Virus record (IMG/VR): IMGVR_UViG_3300010362_000045
Location: 1 to 41,596 of that record
Source of the DNA: a virus
Lineage: Duplodnaviria; Caudoviricetes
Direction: 5' to 3' (one strand)
Length of the DNA: 41,596 nucleotides
Below the pieces are notes generated by a model that was given only the letters and a program-made list of their open reading frames with translations, did no database searches and was not told the origin of the DNA. Below are positions 35,120-41,596 of the stretch, in pieces; position 1 is the first letter of the stretch, and each line of letters starts with the position of its first letter. The translations under genes and the position numbers were made by a program.

Positions 35120-36955
35120 ATGCCCGACGTTCGTAACGCGCTGATCTTCACCCCGGATAACAGCTTCGACATCGGGGCGAGCGGTGCCACGAGACCGCGC
35201 GACCTGTTTTTGGGACGCAACCTGATCTACGGCGGCACCCTCATGCTCCCGGATGGCTCGGCGCTCACGCCGTCGCTGGTGTTTACCAATTCGCAAACGA
35301 CGGGCCTGTACCGCGCGGGAGCGGACTCGATCGGCTTTGCGACCAACGGTCTGGCTCGCTGGGCGATCAGTGCCACTGGCCATCTGGTAACCCCGGCAGA
35401 CAACACCTATGACATCGGCGCGAGCGGAGCGACCCGTCCGCGGGACCTGTATCTCGGGCGCAACATCTTCGCCGGCGGCACGCTGTTCGTCGCCGACTTC
35501 AGCACCTCACCGAACACGAGCCGGATGCGTTTCAAGACGAGCACCGTCAACAACGGCAGCTTCGTGGGCGCGATCCCGGACGGCACAGGTATCGGGACCG
35601 CGTTCATCGCGTACGAGATCAATGACTCGGCCAACAGCCCCTACGTCATCATGTGGTCGGACGGGACCAACGGAATCCTGGGCACTGGCGCGAGTGGTAC
35701 CGGTAGCCCGCGCGACCTGTCGATCTGGGCCAATGGCGAGAAGTGGAAGATCCTGACCACCGGCCATTTCCATCCAGCTGTCAACAACACCTATGACATC
35801 GGCACCTCAGCACTGGCCGTCCGCAACCTGTACGTGGCCGGGCAGGTTGTAGCCAGCAACATCGGCACCAACACGGCTGCCGACGTGATCTTCATCACCA
35901 ATGGCGCCGTGCGGTGGAAGGTGCTGAACTCCGGCCACTTCGCGCCGAACGCGGACAACGTGGCCGATCTCGGCACCTCCAGCAGCAGGCTGCGCGACCT
36001 GTACGTGGCAGGCACGCTCAACGCGCCCGACGTACCGCGCCTCAATCAATTGACCAATGGCGGCTTCGAGGTCTGGCAACGCGGCAACGGGGCGTTTACT
36101 GGCACGGCTGGCGGGGTGATCACGGCTGATCGCTGGTATCTCCAGGCGCGCGGGACGAGTGCCTGCACGTGCTCCAGGGACACGACCACCGTCGATGGCG
36201 GGGTGGGCGCCTCGATGTCGGTGGTGGTGACCGCGACCTCGACGACCAACACCGACACCACCAACAGCGCCACCGTGATGACCATGAATATGAACGAGTC
36301 TGGCGGCGGGGCGCAGCTGCTGGGCCGCCCAAGCACGTTTTCGATTCGTGTGTTCACGACCACCGCGAGCGCGGTAGTCACGCCCTACTTCTACGACAAC
36401 ACCGGCGCCGTCTTCACCAACGGCACGCCGGTCACGCTCAGCGCAAGCACGTGGACGACGATCTCGATGACCTCCACCCAGAGCACCGCTTCGGGGTCCT
36501 GGTTCATCGGCTTGTTCTTCCACACGGTCGCCACGTACAAGCTCGACAACGCCATGCTCGTCGCGGGTTCGGCTGCGGCGACCTTTGTGCCGCAGCACCC
36601 GGCGGAGGAGCTGGCCCGCTGCCAGCGCTACTGCGAGTTTCTGGGCACGGACCAGAACTTCTCGAGCTTCGGCATCGGACAGGTCACCACGACCACGCGT
36701 TCGATCACCACCATCACGTACAAGGCCACCAAGCCCGTCACGCCCACCATCACCTATACCGCGGCCTCCACGTTCCAGGTGACCAATACCTCTGGCAACG
36801 GCGTCACCGGCAGTGCGGTGAGCAACAGCATCGTCGGGCTCAATACCGTGTCCGTGATCTGCGACGTGGCCTCAGGCCTGGTGGCTGGCAGCGCGACGCA
36901 GCTCATGGCGGCCAACACCACCACGGCCAAGATTCTGATCGAGGCTAACCCGTGA
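35120..36955 (+). CDS. Tail fibre/receptor-binding protein
   Basis: Repeated DNxYDIGxSxxxxRxLY modules; NQLTNGGFEVWQRG...ADRW and EELARCQRY motifs bracket a carbohydrate-binding-like domain. Confidence 0.85.
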   Translation: MPDVRNALIFTPDNSFDIGASGATRPRDLFLGRNLIYGGTLMLPDGSALTPSLVFTNSQTTGLYRAGADSIGFATNGLARWAISATGHLVTPADNTYDIGASGATRPRDLYLGRNIFAGGTLFVADFSTSPNTSRMRFKTSTVNNGSFVGAIPDGTGIGTAFIAYEINDSANSPYVIMWSDGTNGILGTGASGTGSPRDLSIWANGEKWKILTTGHFHPAVNNTYDIGTSALAVRNLYVAGQVVASNIGTNTAADVIFITNGAVRWKVLNSGHFAPNADNVADLGTSSSRLRDLYVAGTLNAPDVPRLNQLTNGGFEVWQRGNGAFTGTAGGVITADRWYLQARGTSACTCSRDTTTVDGGVGASMSVVVTATSTTNTDTTNSATVMTMNMNESGGGAQLLGRPSTFSIRVFTTTASAVVTPYFYDNTGAVFTNGTPVTLSASTWTTISMTSTQSTASGSWFIGLFFHTVATYKLDNAMLVAGSAAATFVPQHPAEELARCQRYCEFLGTDQNFSSFGIGQVTTTTRSITTITYKATKPVTPTITYTAASTFQVTNTSGNGVTGSAVSNSIVGLNTVSVICDVASGLVAGSATQLMAANTTTAKILIEANP

Positions 36956-39111
36956 GCCCGATGCTCAGCAGCCGCCGCGTGCCCTGGCCGTACGACCTTC
37001 GGCTGGCACTACGTCCGCCGACGCGCGACCCCGACCGTCAGATCGGTGAGTTCCACGGCCAGACGATTGGCTCTCAACGGCCGAACCTGATCGGCGAGTA
37101 CCGCGGCGGGACGCCCGGGTTCAACATGGTCACCGGTTTCATGATGGTGCCGACCCCGAACGGGCTGCTGGTCAGCAAGAAGCAGACCAACCTGATCCCC
37201 ACGTTTCCACCGGTGGCCGAGTATGGCTCGGCGCCCATCTATCGCGAACGAACCTTCATGTTCCGCCCGACCGGCGGCTACGGCGAGTCGGTCCAATCGA
37301 GCGCCAACGACCGTCGCTACCACTACGCGATCGACGCCTGGGTGGTCGGTGGGTATTTCGGCAAGGGGCCGAGAGTGCATCCCCTGGTGCCCGCGTCCAC
37401 CGATGGACGGGTCACGCGGTTCGCCGAGGGTCCGTATCCGGCGGGTGGGCCAGAGACGCTCTACGTCCTGGTCGGCTCGCGCGTGATCGTCTCGACCAAC
37501 GACACCAATCCCGGCCAGACGACGGTCATCCAGCGCTCCGGCCACCAGGCGACCGATGCGGCACGCTTTACGGGCGCGTATTCGGGCGCGGTCGATGCGC
37601 TCTACATCGCCTGGTCGGACGGCGTGATCCAGGAGTGGACGGGTTCGGTGGCGACCACGTGTGTGTTGCCAGCGAGCTTCTCGCCATCGCTGCTCGAGGT
37701 GGTCGGCGACGAACTGTGGGCGGCCGACCGCGATCGGAGCGTGATCCGCAAATGCACCGCTGATCCCAAGGTGGCGGGCAGCTGGTCGGGACCGATCCTG
37801 ATCGGTACGCCGTCGACGAAGATCAACGCCATCCGTCAGACGACTAATCGCCTGGCCATCTTCAAAGATGACGGCAACGTGTTCACGATCAACGGTGACG
37901 GTTCCGACAACGACCTGTTCCCAGGCCTGGGCACGACGCGTGATGCAGACAACGGCCGCACGGCCTGGCAGTGGCTGGGCGCGCTCTGGTTTCGCGCGGG
38001 AACGGCCTTCTACAAGCTCGACCTGCAGGCTGGCGCGGTCCTCAGTCCAGCCGGACCCGAGCGCATCCTGTCGAACAATTCGGAGGTCGCCGGCCCGGTG
38101 CAAGCCTTCTGTGGGTGGAACGAGCAGATGGCGTTCGCGGTCATCTACAACTCGCTCAACAACACCAGCTACCTGTTGTCGTACGGCAACTGGCTGCCGC
38201 AAACAGAGGATCGGGGCACCGAATTCAGATTCGTGGATCAGTACGACGGGGCGATCGCGCACTGGCCAGGTCGCCGCGCGACGGCGCTGTGGGTGCATTC
38301 GATGCTACCCGCGGACCGGCTCTACATCGGCTTCGACGACGGCAACTATGACTGGTTCCGCATTGTGCCGTTCCCGTTTGCGCCGGATTCGCTCGCCGAG
38401 TTCAAGGACGGACCGGCGAGCATCGTCATGCCGCTGCACACCGCGATGTTTCAGGCGGACAAAAAGCACACGGTCGGGTTCTCCGCGTTCGGCCCGTTCT
38501 TCCATCCGGAGTCAGGCTGCCGGGTCAACATCAGCTATCGTCTGGCGGGCAGTGCCGGTGCCATGCCTGAAACGCCACCACCGATGCAGGACTTCGTGCC
38601 GCTGCCCGACCCGATCACCACCAATGGGCAGCGCGTCGACGTCTTCGTGCCGCCCCTGGTGGCCAACGCGATCGAGTTGAAGTTCGACATCGACGCGACG
38701 GTCACCAACCACACGCCCATCCTCGAGGGCATCGGCGTCCACGAGCGCCTGGTGCCCGCCTTCCGACGCGACTTCACCTTCACGCTGAACGCCAACGACG
38801 CGGTCGCTCGGCGTGACGGGGCCGTGGTCCGCCAGAACGGCGCCCAGCAGCGCGCCCTGCTCCAGCAGGCGGCAGAGGTGCCCGGCCTGATCACCGTCGA
38901 GCTGCCCGACGAGAAGCTCTACAACGTCGCACTCTTCGACTTTTCCGAGCGGTTCACGCCGCACGAGCAGCGGGGTGGCCTGGGTGCCATGGTCGACATC
39001 CAGCTGACCGAGTTTCGCATCACCGGGATCTACGGGATCATTCGCCGCTTCAGGGGCACCACCATCGGCTCGTGGCGCGGGTTTTCAATTGGCGCGATGA
39101 GGTTTATGTGA
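36952..39111 (+). CDS. Putative tail nozzle/hub protein (beta-propeller-like)
   Basis: 719 aa, beta-rich and Trp/Gly-rich; size and position like podovirus nozzle proteins. Confidence 0.55.
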   Translation: MSPMLSSRRVPWPYDLRLALRPPTRDPDRQIGEFHGQTIGSQRPNLIGEYRGGTPGFNMVTGFMMVPTPNGLLVSKKQTNLIPTFPPVAEYGSAPIYRERTFMFRPTGGYGESVQSSANDRRYHYAIDAWVVGGYFGKGPRVHPLVPASTDGRVTRFAEGPYPAGGPETLYVLVGSRVIVSTNDTNPGQTTVIQRSGHQATDAARFTGAYSGAVDALYIAWSDGVIQEWTGSVATTCVLPASFSPSLLEVVGDELWAADRDRSVIRKCTADPKVAGSWSGPILIGTPSTKINAIRQTTNRLAIFKDDGNVFTINGDGSDNDLFPGLGTTRDADNGRTAWQWLGALWFRAGTAFYKLDLQAGAVLSPAGPERILSNNSEVAGPVQAFCGWNEQMAFAVIYNSLNNTSYLLSYGNWLPQTEDRGTEFRFVDQYDGAIAHWPGRRATALWVHSMLPADRLYIGFDDGNYDWFRIVPFPFAPDSLAEFKDGPASIVMPLHTAMFQADKKHTVGFSAFGPFFHPESGCRVNISYRLAGSAGAMPETPPPMQDFVPLPDPITTNGQRVDVFVPPLVANAIELKFDIDATVTNHTPILEGIGVHERLVPAFRRDFTFTLNANDAVARRDGAVVRQNGAQQRALLQQAAEVPGLITVELPDEKLYNVALFDFSERFTPHEQRGGLGAMVDIQLTEFRITGIYGIIRRFRGTTIGSWRGFSIGAMRFM

Positions 39112-39112
39112 G

Positions 39113-39760
39113 ATGTCTGGAACGACCGTAGAGCTGGCCCTCAAAACGGCGGTAGACGCCGACGATCTGGCCGATTATCTGACGATCAGCGCGGCCCAGA
39201 ACTTTCAGACGCTGGACGCGCTGTTCAACAACACGACCGGCCACAACCACTCGGGCGCGCACCAGGGTGGGGTGATCGGCGCCTCGGGCATCGGGCCTGG
39301 CTCGATCACCTCAGGGATGATCGCTGACGGCACGATCGCCACGGCCGACCTGGCCAACGGCTCGGTCACCACCGACAAGATCGCGGCCGGCGCTGTTTCA
39401 AACGTGCAGTTCGTTCAGGTCGCAACGGCCACTACGAGCTCGACGATCTACACGGCGCTCAGCGGCACCATCAGCATCGACATGGGCACGACGGGCGGCA
39501 CGATCGCCGTCGTGCTGTCGGGAACGACCAAGTACTCGTCCACGCCAGGTCGCGCGCAACTGGGCATCAGGGTCGATTCGGGTGCCGTTCAGGACTGTTC
39601 GCGGCCTGACGCCACGTCCATTCTCGTTGCCAGCGGTGGCGTCGCCAGTGCAGCGGTCAGCAGTGGCACGCACACGGTGACCGCGATGGTCCGTTCGGTC
39701 GACAACGTCTCGATCGTCGTGGATGGCGGGTTCATGCTGGCGATTGGACTCAAGCGATGA
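39113..39760 (+). CDS. Tail fibre/needle-like protein
   Basis: GHNHSG and short GSITSGMIADGTIATADLANGSVTTDKIA repeats. Confidence 0.75.
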   Translation: MSGTTVELALKTAVDADDLADYLTISAAQNFQTLDALFNNTTGHNHSGAHQGGVIGASGIGPGSITSGMIADGTIATADLANGSVTTDKIAAGAVSNVQFVQVATATTSSTIYTALSGTISIDMGTTGGTIAVVLSGTTKYSSTPGRAQLGIRVDSGAVQDCSRPDATSILVASGGVASAAVSSGTHTVTAMVRSVDNVSIVVDGGFMLAIGLKR

Positions 39761-40056
39761 ACGTGACCAAGCCGATCAATCTCGATCAACTGGCGACCGA
39801 GTTTCGCGCGGCGGCACTGGCGGGCGACCTGTTCCTCGAAGCCTCGGACCTGACCGCGGTAGAGGCCGACGGCACGCGGCGCGAGCTGACTACCCAGGAG
39901 CAGGGCCTGGTGAACGCGCACGTGGCGATGCGCGACGTGACCGACGCGGAATACGCGCTCGAGTTTCAGAACCCGGCTACGACCGCGGTGCGCAAGCAGG
40001 AGATCAGGGACATCACCGCCGGGCTGCTGCCGCGCGAGCAGGTGCCGATGACATGA
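39757..40056 (+). CDS. Hypothetical tail-associated protein, possible fibre chaperone
   Basis: ATGA coupling; 99 aa. Confidence 0.7.
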   Translation: MNVTKPINLDQLATEFRAAALAGDLFLEASDLTAVEADGTRRELTTQEQGLVNAHVAMRDVTDAEYALEFQNPATTAVRKQEIRDITAGLLPREQVPMT

Positions 40057-40412
40057 GCGTCAGGCCGGTGGCGTTCGGTGCCGATGGTTCGATCGACGTG
40101 GTCTATGACGAAGAAGGCCACAGCGGGACGATCCCCGCGGCTGAGGTCAGGTGGGCCACCAACGCGGACGGCACCGAGACCCACAGCTTCATCGTGCTCG
40201 CCTGCCCTGACGGGTGCGGCGTGACGTCGGTTCACCCGGTCGGCGGCGGCGCGGCCGCTGCCGAGGTACAGCAGATGTTCGTCAACAAAACCGAACGCGA
40301 GGGCTGCACGTGCGGGGTGTGCGCGGCAGGCGATACCACCGCGTTGCCCGAGTCGCACGTCCGCCTGAACTGCAATCGCATGGACGGACCTGGCCGCTGG
40401 GCGTTGCCCTAG
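40053..40412 (+). CDS. Cys-rich hypothetical protein
   Basis: ATG at 40053 overlaps the upstream stop; contains CPDGC, CTCGVC and HVRLNC. Confidence 0.7.
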   Translation: MSVRPVAFGADGSIDVVYDEEGHSGTIPAAEVRWATNADGTETHSFIVLACPDGCGVTSVHPVGGGAAAAEVQQMFVNKTEREGCTCGVCAAGDTTALPESHVRLNCNRMDGPGRWALP

Positions 40413-40421
40413 GAGATCGAT

Positions 40422-40616
40422 ATGCCGGATATGTTCCACGTCGTCTACCACGAGACAAGCAGGCGCATCGACGGGCTCGAGCCGAAGGGCGGGGTTGGTC
40501 CCGACCACAAGGTAGCCGTCATCCACGACATGGCCGAGTACGAGAACCTGCGGCGCTATGACCCCGCGTACCTGAGCCTCGACGGCGAGCACATCGTTGG
40601 AGCTCCACCGGCATGA
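40422..40616 (+). CDS. Hypothetical protein
   Basis: AGGAG RBS; 64 aa. Confidence 0.65.
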   Translation: MPDMFHVVYHETSRRIDGLEPKGGVGPDHKVAVIHDMAEYENLRRYDPAYLSLDGEHIVGAPPA

Positions 40617-40798
40617 CCGATTTCGTGGTCGGCCCTGGCGTGGCGCAGGCAATCGCCGACGCGGGCGATGAGGCGCGCTCGAGCGAGCTGTACATCGTCA
40701 ACGAAGAAGGCCGCAAGATCAGCCAGACCTATGGCCGCGACGCCGTCTACGTGTGGATCCAGGAGGACAACCAGACCAGGCGCCTCCCTTTCGAATAG
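40613..40798 (+). CDS. 61-aa protein; probable N-terminal domain of a frameshifted endolysin
   Basis: GGAG RBS and ATGA coupling; ends CTC CCT TTC GAA TAG. Confidence 0.75.
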   Translation: MTDFVVGPGVAQAIADAGDEARSSELYIVNEEGRKISQTYGRDAVYVWIQEDNQTRRLPFE

Positions 40799-41334
40799 CG
40801 GCCCCCGAGCCGCCGCCGCCGCAAGTTGTCTGGTACGGCAGCCCGAACTTCTGGCACGGGCGTCCCTCAGGCCCGCCGATCGCGCTGGTGATCCATACGA
40901 TGGGCGGCACGCTGGCCGGCTGCGATTCGTGGTTCAACAATCCTGGTAGTCAGGTATCTGCCCACTTCGGCGTCGGGCTCGAGGGGCAGATCCATCAGTA
41001 CGTGAACGTCGGGGACCGGGCCTGGGCCAACGGGGTGCTCGAGATTGGCAACTTGTGGCCTGGGCCTGACGGCGTCAATCCCAACGATCTGAGCGTGAGC
41101 GTCGAGACTGAGGATCTCGGGAACCCGAATCAGCCGGTCACCGACGACCAGTACGAGTCGACCCTCTACGCGTGCCAGCTCGCGATGTCCGCGTACCCCG
41201 AGTCCATCGAGTGGCTGCTGAGCCATTCTGACATCAGCCCGAGCTCGCGGCCCAATTGTTGCGGAGATAGATGGAAAGACTCAGGGCGGTTCATCAACCT
41301 GGCGCTCGCTCTGGGATTGGGGACTGTCTCGTGA
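40753..41334 (+). CDS. N-acetylmuramoyl-L-alanine amidase (Amidase_2-type endolysin) catalytic domain
   Basis: SPNF, LVIHT, SAHFGV, RAWAN, SVSVE and LSHSDI...NCCG match the Zn-amidase pattern. It has no convincing start of its own. Confidence 0.88.
   Translation: MDPGGQPDQAPPFRIAAPEPPPPQVVWYGSPNFWHGRPSGPPIALVIHTMGGTLAGCDSWFNNPGSQVSAHFGVGLEGQIHQYVNVGDRAWANGVLEIGNLWPGPDGVNPNDLSVSVETEDLGNPNQPVTDDQYESTLYACQLAMSAYPESIEWLLSHSDISPSSRPNCCGDRWKDSGRFINLALALGLGTVS
40786..40813 (+). promoter_or_regulatory. Candidate -1 programmed ribosomal frameshift signal
   Basis: X XXY YYZ heptamer C CCT TTC (40786-40792) in the correct frame, a 5-nt spacer, then the hairpin GCGGC-CCCCGA-GCCGC. Confidence 0.65.
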
Positions 41335-41477
41335 ACCTTGCCTTAGCGCCTGTCACCGTGGGCTGGATCGTGGCCTTGCTGGTGCTGATCCTGACGATCG
41401 TGTTCGTGGCCATCGGCCGACTGGACATCGTGCCGGGCGGGCTCATCGCGGGGGTCGCGCTCGCGCGGCTGCTCTAA
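41331..41477 (+). CDS. Putative holin (two TM segments, 48 aa)
   Basis: GTGA overlap with the amidase stop; the sequence is almost entirely hydrophobic. Confidence 0.6.
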   Translation: MNLALAPVTVGWIVALLVLILTIVFVAIGRLDIVPGGLIAGVALARLL

Positions 41478-41596
41478 CACGATTTAGGTCTATCAAGGGC
41501 CTGACTCAGGCGGTAGATAGCATCGGGGTCAATCTCGTTTTCGTCATTGATGCTGTCGATCACAGCCTGAGCCGCCGCCCGCAGCCGCTCGATCTC
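41474..41596 (-). CDS. 3' part of the junction-spanning small protein (EIERLRAAAQAVIDS...KSC*)
   Basis: Open from base 41596 to a TAG at 41474-41476, in frame with 1..111. Confidence 0.65.
   Translation of the reverse strand, partial: EIERLRAAAQAVIDSINDENEIDPDAIYRLSQALDRPKSC

Larger units (their letters stand above)
1..41596. mobile_element. Temperate tailed phage genome, apparently complete and circular, podovirus-like
   Basis: Integrase, repressor, replication, terminase, portal, capsid, tail and lysis modules are all present. No host genes were recognised, an ORF continues in frame across the ends, and no tape measure or tail tube gene was recognised. Confidence 0.92.

Noticed and set aside
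35120-36955. Fibre repeats as a diversity-generating retroelement TR/VR pair
   Set aside because: No reverse transcriptase is present, and the differences between copies are largely synonymous rather than adenine-specific.

Overview
The window looks like a complete, circularly permuted genome of a temperate, GC-rich tailed phage with podovirus-like gene content. A minus-strand ORF runs in frame across the 1/41596 junction. Layout: a leftward ParB-like cassette, putative attP, tyrosine integrase and XRE repressor; then a rightward early operon (excisionase, secreted transglycosylase-like protein, putative single-strand annealing protein, DUF3102-methyltransferase, VRR-NUC, AAA helicase, iteron-like origin, C5 methyltransferase with a nested alternative-frame gene); a leftward accessory operon (gp88-like, HTH); and the late region (TerS, TerL, portal, large ejection-type proteins, scaffold, major capsid, adaptor, fibres, nozzle, lysis). 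An AGAAC-N4-GTTCT LexA-type box points to a Gram-positive-type SOS system, possibly a Chloroflexota host (inference). Most notable: (1) the endolysin appears to be made only by a -1 ribosomal frameshift at C CCT TTC that fuses a 61-aa protein to the amidase; (2) the tandem AAGGTAGCA repeats flanking the putative attP reappear just after terS, near a strand-composition switch; (3) the C5 methyltransferase gene is dual-coding; (4) a repressor with no autopeptidase domain is paired with a host-type SOS box. All product calls come from motif recognition by eye, without database searches.
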